A stretch of DNA of 64,000 nt. It comes from a virus. Location of the stretch: positions 26,059 through 90,058 of the IMG/VR virus record IMGVR_UViG_3300028854_000012; one strand, written 5' to 3'. Of the stretch, positions 18,179 through 27,360 are shown piece by piece. Below the pieces are notes generated by a model. That model saw only the letters and a list, made by a program, of their open reading frames with translations, had not been told where the DNA came from and did no database searches. A program made the position numbers and the translations under genes. Each line of letters starts with the position of its first letter. Position 1 is the first letter of the stretch.

Positions 18179-18218
18179 AAAGGAATAAAGAATGTTGGTA
18201 GTTTGTAATGTTAAAAGT

Positions 18219-18356
18219 TTGTGTGGGCAGCGTGGATGAACACGTTTTGGGTCTTAAAGGTTTAACTCTTTTGAGGTAAGACTCGCCATAAATACGGAAG
18301 GAACGCCGTTGAGGAGTAACGATAAAATTGTTGGTATCCAATCCAACTCCACACAA
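18219..18356 (+). ncRNA. putative structured ncRNA
   Basis: Closing stem TTGTGTGG/CCACACAA; CGTG-GATGAA-CACG hairpin shared with 58061 element. Confidence 0.5.
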
Positions 18357-18488
18357 TTTATATAGATACCATATATTAGAAAAGGCCACTCTTACTACTG
18401 GTTTAACCAGAGCGGAGTGGCCATATTATTTTATGCTTGACATTTGAAAATGATTACTATATCATCGTAAATGAGGAGAAATATAACA

Positions 18489-18746
18489 ATGGCAATAACT
18501 ACATTAGGACCAAATGAAATTAATAAATTACAAGATATTATTTTTGATGGTGTGCGCAATCTTGAAGAGTGCGAGGCACTACAAACCGGTATGGCAGATA
18601 CAATTAAAAGTGTGGCAGAGGAATTGCAAATTCCAGCAAGTCTATTAAAAAAGGCAATAAAAACGGCATTCAAAGGTAATTATGCTGAATTAGAAGCTGA
18701 GTTAAATGACCTTGATGCTTTGCTTCAAGCTGCGGGTAAAAAGTAA
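18489..18746 (+). CDS. small helical protein, possibly T4 DsbA-like dsDNA-binding
   Basis: GAGGAG RBS; D-x-IK-x-VAEEL-x-I-x-x-x-LLKKAIKTA pattern. Confidence 0.55.
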   Translation: MAITTLGPNEINKLQDIIFDGVRNLEECEALQTGMADTIKSVAEELQIPASLLKKAIKTAFKGNYAELEAELNDLDALLQAAGKK

Positions 18747-18759
18747 ATAAATTAAAAAT

Positions 18760-18834
18760 GCGGGGTTAGCTCAATGGTCGAGCGCCAGAAACCAATTCTG
18801 GAGGTTGCTATTTCGATATTAGCACCCCGCTCCA
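18760..18834 (+). tRNA. atypical tRNA: Gly-type body with CCA at positions 34-36
   Basis: GCGGGGT/ACCCCGC acceptor, U73-CCA, anticodon loop AACCAAT, T53:T61 mismatch. Confidence 0.6.
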
Positions 18835-18843
18835 ATAACAAGT

Positions 18844-18920
18844 TTATGTGAATGACTAAAGCAGGAAAAATATGCCTTCCGCCGTAAAATCGGGCTGGAA
18901 TTAACCAGAAGTTCACATAA
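18844..18920 (+). ncRNA. putative small structured RNA
   Basis: Closing stem TTATGTGAA/TTCACATAA, internal CTGG-AATTAA-CCAG hairpin. Confidence 0.35.
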
Positions 18921-18936
18921 TTTAAATTATAATAGT

Positions 18937-19076
18937 TTGTGCAGAGTGTGTTTTGAACGGATAACAAGTTGGACTCCATGCGCGTATACATTGGTAAAGA
19001 CGCTGATAGGGCCAACCGGCTGTTGCGAACGGGGGATAACCAAGAAGACCCTAAAGTCTGTGACTGCTCTGCACAA
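18937..19076 (+). ncRNA. putative structured ncRNA
   Basis: GC-richer island closed by TTGTGCAGAG/CTCTGCACAA. Confidence 0.45.
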
Positions 19077-19105
19077 TTTATATATTAAAGTAAAACAGGA
19101 ATATA

Positions 19106-21760
19106 ATGAGTTATATTAGTGCAAAAATAAATAAAAAATCAGAACGTATAGAAGTTGTAGAAAGAATAAATGACAAACGCATTTATAACAGCTATCCAAT
19201 TGACTATTCATTTTATGTAGATGATCCAAATGGTCAATATAAAACAATATATAATACTCCTGTAACAAAAATTACACCAAGATCATCATCGGAATTTCAT
19301 AAAGAGTTAGCAAGACTTGGTAATAAAAAAGTTTGGGAAAGTGATTTAAATCTGGTTTATAAATGTCTTTCTCAAAATTATCGTCACAAAAATGCTCCAG
19401 AATTACATATTACCTTGTTTGATATAGAAGTGGATTTTGATTCTGTGCGCGGTTATGCTCCAATTGATGATCCGTTTGCTGCTATTACCGCAGTAACAAT
19501 GCAACACCAATGGAATAAAGAATTAATTACTTTAGCTCTTAAACCCAAAACATATACTATAGAAAAAGCAAATGAAATTGCTGCAAAATTTGAAAATACG
19601 ATAATTTTTGAAAATGAAGTTGATATGCTTTCTGCCATTCTTGATTTATTAGAAGATACTGATATTATTAGTGGATGGAATAGTTCTGGTTTTGATATTC
19701 CTTATCTTATCAATCGAATCACAAGAATTATGAGTAAAGATGATACAAGTAGACTATGCCTATGGAATGAAAAACCAAAAGAAAAAACAGTAGAAAAATA
19801 TGGAAAAGAAATTTCCACTTATGAACTAGTAGGTAGAGTTCATTTGGATTTAATGGAAGTTTATATTAAGTTCACTTATGAAGAACGCCACAGCTATAGT
19901 TTAAATGCTATTGCAGAACATGAGTTGGGTCAAAGTAAAACACCATATACCGGTAGTCTTGATAAATTATATAATGAAGATTTTGAAAAGTTTATTGAAT
20001 ATAACAGGCAAGATGTTATACTTTTATCTCTTCTTGAAGATAAATTGAAGTTTATTGATTTATTAAATGGAATGGCCCATGATACAACAACTCTTCTTTC
20101 AACATGCATGGGAACAGTTGCAGTTATTGACCAAGCTATAGTCAATAGAATTCATGATAGGGGTCAGATTGCTCCAAATAGAAAAAATAATTCATATGAA
20201 GGTAATGAGTCTGTCGCAGGAGCATATGTTGCAACGCCAAAAAGCGGAGCACATGAATGGGTTGGAGTAATTGATATTAATTCACTATACCCAAGCACTA
20301 TTAGAGCATTGAATATGGGATTGGAAACAATTGTTGGGCAAATTAGACCTACCCTAACAGATGATTATATTTCAGAACAATTCAAAAAGCAAAATATGAC
20401 ATTTGCTCATGCTTGGGAAAATCAATTTGGGTCTCATGAGTATCAAGCGGTTATGGCTCGTAAACAAGGTATTGATTTAATTATTGATTGGGAAGAAACA
20501 GGAAAAAATGATACAGTTACAGCAGATCAATGTTATGATTTAATTTTTAATAGTGGGCAACCTTGGATGCTTAGTGGTAACGGAACAATTTTTACATATG
20601 CACATAACGCTATTATTCCGGGATTATTACTGGATTGGTATACAGATCGTAAAGAATTTCAAAAGAAACAACGAGAAGCCACAGATTTAAAAATTGAGTC
20701 TTTTTTTAATCGCCGTCAGCATATAGAAAAAATAAAACTTAATAGTTTATATGGTGCATTATTAAGTCCAGCTTCTCGTTTCTTTGATAAAAGATTAGGA
20801 CAAAGCGTAACTTTATCGGGTCGTATTATTTGCAAACATATTAATTCTTTTGCGAATGAATGTATTACTGGAGAATATAATATCGAAGGCGCAGCAATTT
20901 GTGCTGCTGATACTGATAGCACCCAATTTAGTGCATGGACAACAATTAAACCAATGGTTGATCGTAAAGAATTGGAATGGAATAAAGAGGCAGCGGTTCA
21001 ATTATATACTGCTATTGGAGAAAAAGTTAACGAGTCTTTTCCAACTCTTATGGAAAAAATGTTTAATTGTCCACAAGAATTTGGATCGCTTATTAAGGCA
21101 AGTTGTGAAAGTGTTGGTTATCGCGGATTATATATTACTAAAAAAAGATATGCAATTTTAAATTATTGGAAAGATGGTAAGTATTTAAAAGAGTCAAAAT
21201 TAAAAGCAATGGGATTGGACCTTAGACGCAGTGATACACCAGTAGTATGTCAGAAATTTTTAAAAACTATTCTTATGGAATTTTTAACAACTGGCTCAGA
21301 GCAAAATATTATCAAAATGATAAATGATTTTAAAATTAAATTTAAAGCATTACCGCCATCCGACAGAGGAACACCAAAACGAGTAAATAATTTAACTAAT
21401 TATATGGACCTTATTCAAAAAGGAAAAGGTAATAGAGTTCCGGGGCATGTTCGTGCCGCTATAAATTGGAATATACTTCGTGAAATAAATAATGATAAGA
21501 TTCATACTAAAATTGTTGATGGAATGAAATGTGTCGTTTGTCCATTAAAGAATAATATTAATCAAATGACAAGTATTGCATATCCAACAGATGAAATAAG
21601 TTTACCTAATTGGTTCACTGTATTACCCTTTGATGAAGAATCAATGATTAAAAGCGTAGTAGAAAAAAAGATTGAGAATCTTTTTGGTAAATTACCAAAT
21701 TGGAAAACAATAGAAAATGCAACTAAGAAAATTAATACTTATGAAGATTTTTTTGAATAG
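19106..21760 (+). CDS. gp43: family B DNA polymerase (T4 gp43-like)
   Basis: Exo DIEV, GWNSSGFD, YNRQD; pol DINSLYPS, KLNSLYG, DTDS, KKRY. Confidence 0.97.
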   Translation: MSYISAKINKKSERIEVVERINDKRIYNSYPIDYSFYVDDPNGQYKTIYNTPVTKITPRSSSEFHKELARLGNKKVWESDLNLVYKCLSQNYRHKNAPELHITLFDIEVDFDSVRGYAPIDDPFAAITAVTMQHQWNKELITLALKPKTYTIEKANEIAAKFENTIIFENEVDMLSAILDLLEDTDIISGWNSSGFDIPYLINRITRIMSKDDTSRLCLWNEKPKEKTVEKYGKEISTYELVGRVHLDLMEVYIKFTYEERHSYSLNAIAEHELGQSKTPYTGSLDKLYNEDFEKFIEYNRQDVILLSLLEDKLKFIDLLNGMAHDTTTLLSTCMGTVAVIDQAIVNRIHDRGQIAPNRKNNSYEGNESVAGAYVATPKSGAHEWVGVIDINSLYPSTIRALNMGLETIVGQIRPTLTDDYISEQFKKQNMTFAHAWENQFGSHEYQAVMARKQGIDLIIDWEETGKNDTVTADQCYDLIFNSGQPWMLSGNGTIFTYAHNAIIPGLLLDWYTDRKEFQKKQREATDLKIESFFNRRQHIEKIKLNSLYGALLSPASRFFDKRLGQSVTLSGRIICKHINSFANECITGEYNIEGAAICAADTDSTQFSAWTTIKPMVDRKELEWNKEAAVQLYTAIGEKVNESFPTLMEKMFNCPQEFGSLIKASCESVGYRGLYITKKRYAILNYWKDGKYLKESKLKAMGLDLRRSDTPVVCQKFLKTILMEFLTTGSEQNIIKMINDFKIKFKALPPSDRGTPKRVNNLTNYMDLIQKGKGNRVPGHVRAAINWNILREINNDKIHTKIVDGMKCVVCPLKNNINQMTSIAYPTDEISLPNWFTVLPFDEESMIKSVVEKKIENLFGKLPNWKTIENATKKINTYEDFFE

Positions 21761-21768
21761 AGGAGATT

Positions 21769-22242
21769 ATGAAATTTTATACACTTATTTTTTTATTTTT
21801 TGTAACTTATGCTGCTTTAGCGCAAACACCGATTAAAAATATATATGCCGTTGGTAGTTCGTATAATTTTAACGCAACTCCAAATATTGCTGGAACCGCT
21901 TTATATGCCCATTATATTACAAGTCCGGGAACTTATGCTTTTACTGTTATCGATGTGCTTCCGACCAATATAAAACCACTTACTGTAACTAATAATATTG
22001 GAGCAGGTTTGGCTCAGAAGATGTTCACTATTGGAAAAGCAAGTTTAATTATGCCAACTACTGCGGGTATAAGTTGGAGTGGAACAAACACTGGCTGGCA
22101 ATGGACCGGTGGCACTGCGGTAATCATTTCTTTAAAATCTAATTTTTATCTTATACCAACAGTTCGTTTTCTAAAATCGTCGGTTTCTGGAGGATCAGGA
22201 TACCAACCAATTTTAGGTTTGTTAGTAGGATGGGGAAAATAA
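21769..22242 (+). CDS. putative secreted/outer-membrane beta-rich protein
   Basis: Signal peptide MKFYTLIFLFFVTYAALA; amphipathic strands ending GWGK. Confidence 0.6.
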   Translation: MKFYTLIFLFFVTYAALAQTPIKNIYAVGSSYNFNATPNIAGTALYAHYITSPGTYAFTVIDVLPTNIKPLTVTNNIGAGLAQKMFTIGKASLIMPTTAGISWSGTNTGWQWTGGTAVIISLKSNFYLIPTVRFLKSSVSGGSGYQPILGLLVGWGK

Positions 22243-22280
22243 TACTTGACTTTTTATTTGTTTTAAACTAATATACTTAT

Positions 22281-22502
22281 ATGCAAGATTATTTAGGAAC
22301 AACTATTGAGATTGGTGATTATATTTTTGGTGGAGAGTCTTCTCAACTTTTTAAAGTAACGGACAAAGATAAACTGGATGATTGTGCCAACGTTACGAGA
22401 CTTGGAGAACGAACTACACGAAGAGTTTTCCTTCGCAATTTTGTTAGAATTTCTGAGGAACAACTTACCTTATATTTTTTGACAAAAGGTTATAAAACGT
22501 AA
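22281..22502 (+). CDS. small hypothetical protein
   Basis: DYLG-x-x-I-x-x-GD (SH3/KOW-like) start, ISEEQLT end shared with ORFs near 63.7 kb. Confidence 0.6.
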   Translation: MQDYLGTTIEIGDYIFGGESSQLFKVTDKDKLDDCANVTRLGERTTRRVFLRNFVRISEEQLTLYFLTKGYKT

Positions 22503-22525
22503 ATTATATAAAAGGAAATTATAAA

Positions 22526-23257
22526 ATGATAGATGAATTGCGCGAAATACTCGCATATACACATGCTCTTGGATTTCTTGAACTAGTTAAGGTAACTGGA
22601 ACAATTAGTTCAACCGAATTAAATTCAATGGCCGTAGATAAAAAGGTTGTTTTAAATTCTAAGTTTGTTCAACCAGTAAATGATTTTCAAGGAACATTTG
22701 GTCTTCATGATCTTGGCAGATTGAATACAATTCTTAATATTCCAGAATATAAAGAAAAAGCTATCATTACTGTAAACAAACAAACAGTCAATGGTAATGA
22801 AGTTTTAACTGGAATAACATTTACAAATGCAAATAAAGATTTTAAAAATGAATATCGTTTCATGAGCAAGGATGTAGTTGAAATTCAATTGCCACCCAAG
22901 ACACGAAAGAATATTTCATGGGATATATCTATTCAACCAACAGTAAGTGCCATTCAACGTTTGAAGTTTCAATCTCAGGCCGCAGGTAATTCAATTGGAA
23001 ATTTTCATGCAGGAGTAGATAATCACAATCTTGTTTTTTCATTGGGAGACCATAGCACACATAGCGGAGAATTTGTATTTCAAAGTGGAGTTACTGGTTC
23101 GTTAAAAACAGTTAGGGAATGGCCATTATCTCATGTTCAGGGTATTCTTGGATTAACAGGTGATAAGGTATTAGAAATTTCAGATGCAGGAGTCATGCAA
23201 ATTACAGTTACTACAGGACAAGCAGTTCATCAATATACAATTTTGGCTTCTTGTTAA
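22526..23257 (+). CDS. gp45: DNA polymerase sliding clamp (gp45-like)
   Basis: 243 aa near polymerase; FG-x-x-DL-x-x-L, YRFM motif, two-domain beta pattern. Confidence 0.7.
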   Translation: MIDELREILAYTHALGFLELVKVTGTISSTELNSMAVDKKVVLNSKFVQPVNDFQGTFGLHDLGRLNTILNIPEYKEKAIITVNKQTVNGNEVLTGITFTNANKDFKNEYRFMSKDVVEIQLPPKTRKNISWDISIQPTVSAIQRLKFQSQAAGNSIGNFHAGVDNHNLVFSLGDHSTHSGEFVFQSGVTGSLKTVREWPLSHVQGILGLTGDKVLEISDAGVMQITVTTGQAVHQYTILASC

Positions 23258-23270
23258 TAAGGAATAATTT

Positions 23271-23570
23271 ATGAGACAAATTGATTTAGTTTTAGACCCA
23301 ACAAATTATATACCACAAGTGTGGGTTCTTATTGAACATGGGCAGGTTTTAAAATTTGAAATTTTAGAACCATTGGTAAGTAAAGATATAGACTCATATA
23401 GTGTAATTAATAAAACTTTGGTAGAGAATAATCTCGCACCATTAACGAAGGAAGATATAGATTATTATTTTGAACGATGTGGTCAATCATTATTGGAAGT
23501 TAAAGAAAATATTGAATTGATTTGTCGTTATGAAAAATCGAAAACTTGTCAGGGAGTAAATAAAATATGA
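23271..23570 (+). CDS. hypothetical protein
   Basis: AAGGA RBS; INKTLVENNL resembles VNHTLAKNNL of next ORF. Confidence 0.6.
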   Translation: MRQIDLVLDPTNYIPQVWVLIEHGQVLKFEILEPLVSKDIDSYSVINKTLVENNLAPLTKEDIDYYFERCGQSLLEVKENIELICRYEKSKTCQGVNKI

Positions 23571-23920
23571 GAAAATTTGCAACATTTTTTAATACAGAAA
23601 CATTTAATATAGAACTCTTAGTAAAAAACGAAGATGGTTCTGTTTCGTCGTTAGTAATTAATGATGAATCATCAGTGTCAAAATATAAGTATAATTTAGA
23701 AGAAAAAGAAAAAATTCACACGGTTAATCATACTTTAGCTAAGAATAATTTATATACAATGACCGAAGAAGAAATGGAACATTATATATATCCAGCAGGA
23801 AGATTGATTGGTAGCGGCGACGGTAATGAGTTATCAGAAATAGAAATACAGAAGTTAGCTGGTTTTACTGTTGAAAAGAAAATTGTTTATGATAAACCAA
23901 TAGAATCAAAGGAGAAATAA
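23567..23920 (+). CDS. hypothetical protein
   Basis: GGAG RBS, overlapping stop/start. Confidence 0.6.
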   Translation: MRKFATFFNTETFNIELLVKNEDGSVSSLVINDESSVSKYKYNLEEKEKIHTVNHTLAKNNLYTMTEEEMEHYIYPAGRLIGSGDGNELSEIEIQKLAGFTVEKKIVYDKPIESKEK

Positions 23921-24141
23921 TGAGCCTTCTTAGTATTATATTATTTTTATTTATGTGGTGGGCAATAGGTGTCTGTGGGTATATTTTTTGGTGGACGACA
24001 GAATATGATTTTACTACTAAGCGCCTTACACTTGCTATATATGCAGGTATTTGTGGACCAATGTCTTGGTATATTGGTTGGCGTATCCATGGTAAATCAA
24101 ATGATATTATAATTTTACAACGTAGGAAAGATAGACAATAA
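23920..24141 (+). CDS. small membrane protein
   Basis: Two hydrophobic segments, basic C-terminus. Confidence 0.6.
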   Translation: MSLLSIILFLFMWWAIGVCGYIFWWTTEYDFTTKRLTLAIYAGICGPMSWYIGWRIHGKSNDIIILQRRKDRQ

Positions 24142-24151
24142 AGGTATAATT

Positions 24152-24520
24152 ATGGCACAATTTGATCTTAAAGAAGATATTTTTAACAACGAAATAATTA
24201 GAAATAATGTTCGTAGTGAATGTTATGCTCAAAATTTATATGCCGCTCTTTGTAATATTGGATGGCGCAAGCAAGATATGCTTTCTATGTTAGAAGGATT
24301 TGAATGGGGAACAAGTTGGCGTGGAGCAGGACATTTAGTTGCTGATTTAAGAAATTCTGCATGGGATACAAAAGAAAATTATATGGATTGGTATTGTTCT
24401 GGTATTAGATCAGATGATCCAGATAAAAATATAACAGGTTTTGTTAGAGAAGGAGAAGTTACTCTTGAAATACAAAAAGATTTAGCTGATTTGGGGTGGG
24501 TAGTAAATAAAGTGTATTAG
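24152..24520 (+). CDS. phage hypothetical protein
   Basis: YAQNLYAALCN..SWRGAG..YMDWYCSG..EG..DL..LGW. Confidence 0.75.
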   Translation: MAQFDLKEDIFNNEIIRNNVRSECYAQNLYAALCNIGWRKQDMLSMLEGFEWGTSWRGAGHLVADLRNSAWDTKENYMDWYCSGIRSDDPDKNITGFVREGEVTLEIQKDLADLGWVVNKVY

Positions 24521-24528
24521 GAGATGTT

Positions 24529-24933
24529 ATGGGATTTTTTTCTGATTTTTTGAAAGCGTTAAAAACTGCTAAAGCTGAACGCGATTGGCAAAAAAAATTT
24601 AATAAGAAAGTTATTGTTCCTCCTGAAATTATTTCTGAAAAAGATACAATGACAGCTAAGGGAGAACCATGGGTTGGAATTTTAAGATTGGATGTTGATC
24701 CAGATGATTTATCATCGGGAATGATAGAATTGGATTGGAATGAAAAATTTATTATTAAATTGGCACGTGCTGGTTATAAAGGAAAAGATGATAAAGCTAT
24801 GGTAGATCAATGGTTTGCTAACATTTGCACAGGTATTATAACTGGTGAGTATGAAAATGAAATAGCTGATCCAGATAACCGCAAAAGAATTCAAAGAAAA
24901 CAGTTGGATGATGAAAGGACAGAAATTTCATAA
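24529..24933 (+). CDS. phage hypothetical protein
   Basis: AGGAG RBS; GEPWV..ELDWN..F..L..AGY..VDQWF. Confidence 0.75.
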   Translation: MGFFSDFLKALKTAKAERDWQKKFNKKVIVPPEIISEKDTMTAKGEPWVGILRLDVDPDDLSSGMIELDWNEKFIIKLARAGYKGKDDKAMVDQWFANICTGIITGEYENEIADPDNRKRIQRKQLDDERTEIS

Positions 24934-25931
24934 TGGCTAAATTTTTATTATTTGACGCTAGTAATATTTTCTACCGTTGCAAATATACAATTCGCGGTGA
25001 TCAATCTGAAAAACAAGGAATGTTATTACATACTTTATTTTCAAGTTTGAACAAGGTATGGAGAACATATAATGCAGATCATATTATTTTTGCATTTGAC
25101 GGAAAGAATAATTGGCGCAAAGATATATATGCACCATACAAAGCAAATAGAATAGAAAAGAGAGCAAAACGCACTCCAACAGAAATGGCAGAAGATGTTT
25201 TGTTTTTTGAAGCATTTGATATTTTTAAAGATTTTATAAAAACAAAAACAAATTGCACGGTTCTTGAAAATGATAGTCTTGAAGCCGATGATTTATTGGC
25301 GGGATTTTGTCAATCTCATCCAAATGATACACATATTATTATTAGTGGTGATGCTGATTTTGAACAGCTTTTAGCACCAAATGTAATTTTATATAATGGT
25401 GTTACTGATACAACAACTACATTAACTGGAATTGTTGATTATAAAGGAAAAGCCATAATAGAAAAGAAAACTGGGAATCCTAAACCTGCCCCCGATCCAC
25501 AGTGGAGTGTTTTTGAAAAATGTATGCGAGGTTGCACAACTGATAATATATTTTCAGCTTATCCCGGTATACGAGAAAAAGGATCAAAAAATAAAACTGG
25601 ATTACGAGAAGCATTTGAAGATAGATATAAGCATGGATTTGCATGGAGTTCAGTTATGCAATATCGATGGGCAGATCATTTAGGTAATGAACACAAAGTA
25701 TATGATGATTATATTCGTAATAAACAATTGGTGGATTTGACAGATCAGCCAGAAAATATAAAAATTAAAATTTATGAAACTATTTTAAATGCTTGTGTTT
25801 CGTTGAATCGCCCAATGATTGGTTTATTGTTTCTAAAATTATGTGGTAAATTTGAATTACAAAAAATAAGTGAACGAGCCAATGATTTTTCTGTATTATT
25901 AAGTGCAAAATATCCAGCAAATGACAAATAG
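24933..25931 (+). CDS. rnh: T4 RNase H-like 5'-3' exonuclease
   Basis: FD-x-x-N, FDGK..WRK..YKANR, EADD, SGD-x-DF-x-QL, DNI. Confidence 0.9.
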   Translation: MAKFLLFDASNIFYRCKYTIRGDQSEKQGMLLHTLFSSLNKVWRTYNADHIIFAFDGKNNWRKDIYAPYKANRIEKRAKRTPTEMAEDVLFFEAFDIFKDFIKTKTNCTVLENDSLEADDLLAGFCQSHPNDTHIIISGDADFEQLLAPNVILYNGVTDTTTTLTGIVDYKGKAIIEKKTGNPKPAPDPQWSVFEKCMRGCTTDNIFSAYPGIREKGSKNKTGLREAFEDRYKHGFAWSSVMQYRWADHLGNEHKVYDDYIRNKQLVDLTDQPENIKIKIYETILNACVSLNRPMIGLLFLKLCGKFELQKISERANDFSVLLSAKYPANDK

Positions 25932-26298
25932 ATTAACTAAAACGGAATGGGAAAATATGGTAATCAAATACCATACTGATGTTCTAGGTAAACAAATACC
26001 TGATGTAGAAATAAAAATTTTGTGGCATAATTATACAAGAGAATCATTGCGGTTAGACATTTGTGGATTTAAAAGATTTAAAGAAGCACAGATAGAATTT
26101 CATAAATATGATTGTATAATATCAGCATGGACTGGTTTAGTATATTTGGGATTAGCTCGTATTCCATGTCCATATTATTTGGAAATAAAAAAAGATTCTC
26201 CATATCAATATGATTTTTATATTTCCGATCCTGAACTTGCAATGATGCTTATGTTCATGGATAATGATTTAGTTCAATTTGTAAAGGGGTTTTTATGA
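25921..26298 (+). CDS. hypothetical protein
   Basis: ORF overlapping rnh end; SLRL..G..PYY motif. Confidence 0.6.
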   Translation: MTNRLTKTEWENMVIKYHTDVLGKQIPDVEIKILWHNYTRESLRLDICGFKRFKEAQIEFHKYDCIISAWTGLVYLGLARIPCPYYLEIKKDSPYQYDFYISDPELAMMLMFMDNDLVQFVKGFL

Positions 26299-26780
26299 AA
26301 TTGTTTAGTGAATACTTGATGGAAGCAGAACAACATAAAAGTGGAACATATGCTGCGCTTTTATTAAAAAATGAAAGTCGAACGAAATTATATGCTTGGA
26401 TGGAAGAACATAATATAGCAAGAAAAATTCCGGCAAAAGAATATCATTGCACTGTAGTTTATTCGACTACACCTGTTCCAAATGTATCAGATATATCAAT
26501 AAATTTTCCAATCAAAGCAAAATTTAAAGAATGGAAAATTTTTGGTGATGATAAATTATTAGTTGCTGTTTTAACCTGTCCAAAAGCTGTAAAATTATTT
26601 AAAGAGACTATTAAAATGGGAGCTAAATCGGATTATCCAACATTTATACCACATATCAGTGTTGCCAAAAATTTTAAGGGAGATGTTCCTGCTGATATTC
26701 CTGATTTTGAGATAATATTCTATAAATTTAAGAGCGATTCATTAGATACCGATTTTAAATATAATGACAATGATTCTTAA
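26295..26780 (+). CDS. 2H phosphoesterase, T4 gp57B/Acb1-like
   Basis: HCTVVYS and PHIS 2H motifs, DYP-x-F-x-PH context. Confidence 0.75.
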   Translation: MKLFSEYLMEAEQHKSGTYAALLLKNESRTKLYAWMEEHNIARKIPAKEYHCTVVYSTTPVPNVSDISINFPIKAKFKEWKIFGDDKLLVAVLTCPKAVKLFKETIKMGAKSDYPTFIPHISVAKNFKGDVPADIPDFEIIFYKFKSDSLDTDFKYNDNDS

Positions 26781-26787
26781 ATAATAT

Positions 26788-26816
26788 TTGACAAACAAAC
26801 CAAATTCTGATATACT
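26788..26816 (+). promoter_or_regulatory. sigma70-type early promoter
   Basis: TTGACA-17-TATACT; ATG 6 nt downstream. Confidence 0.85.
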
Positions 26817-26822
26817 AGATTT

Positions 26823-27152
26823 ATGAATGAAAAAGATTACAATTCGATGTTAGAATCAGAGCAATTGGCTGCTGTTAAACAAAATTATTATGCCATTAGA
26901 TACATCGAGAATCCAAGCGAAAAAGTGCAATTGGCGGCTGTTAATCAAGATGGTTCTGCCATCGATTATATTGAAAACCCAAGCGAAGATGTTCAACTGG
27001 CGGCGGTTAATCAAGATGGTTATGCCATTCAATATATCAAAAACCCAAGCGAAGATGTTCAACTGGCTGCGGTTAATCAAAATGGTAATGTCATTCGATT
27101 TATCAAGAAACCAACAATATCTGTTCAAATGATGGCCAAATTATTGTCTTGA
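26823..27152 (+). CDS. tandem-repeat protein (22-aa AI-x-YI-x-NPSE-x-VQLAAV repeats, DUF4116-like)
   Basis: About four 66-nt repeats visible in DNA. Confidence 0.75.
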   Translation: MNEKDYNSMLESEQLAAVKQNYYAIRYIENPSEKVQLAAVNQDGSAIDYIENPSEDVQLAAVNQDGYAIQYIKNPSEDVQLAAVNQNGNVIRFIKKPTISVQMMAKLLS

Positions 27153-27177
27153 CAAACAAACCAAAGTTTGGTATTCT
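27149..27177 (+). promoter_or_regulatory. sigma70-type early promoter
   Basis: TTGACA-17-TATTCT; spacer nearly identical to 26788. Confidence 0.8.
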
Positions 27178-27360
27178 ATATATGTTGATGAGGAATGGTA
27201 ATCGGTCAATGCCGATCTAACCTGCAAAACATAGCATATGGAGCACACCAGAGTGTGCCTTTCTCAACAAAAGAAAGATTTCCACATTTCCACAGTTTAC
27301 AAACAAATCTAAATAAGCGATAATAAAAGAGTAGGAAAAATCAGAAAGGAAAAATACGAA

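Noticed and set aside
17735-19119. Short ORFs 17735-17932, 18159-18389, 18752-19015, 18937-19119
   Set aside because: Overlap structured RNAs and a tRNA-like gene; no RBS or protein motifs
19106-21760. Intron or intein in polymerase (also checked portal and capsid)
   Set aside because: ORFs are continuous, of ordinary length, with no intein terminal motifs
26860-27110. CRISPR-like repeat array
   Set aside because: 66-nt in-frame coding repeats without unique spacers; no cas genes
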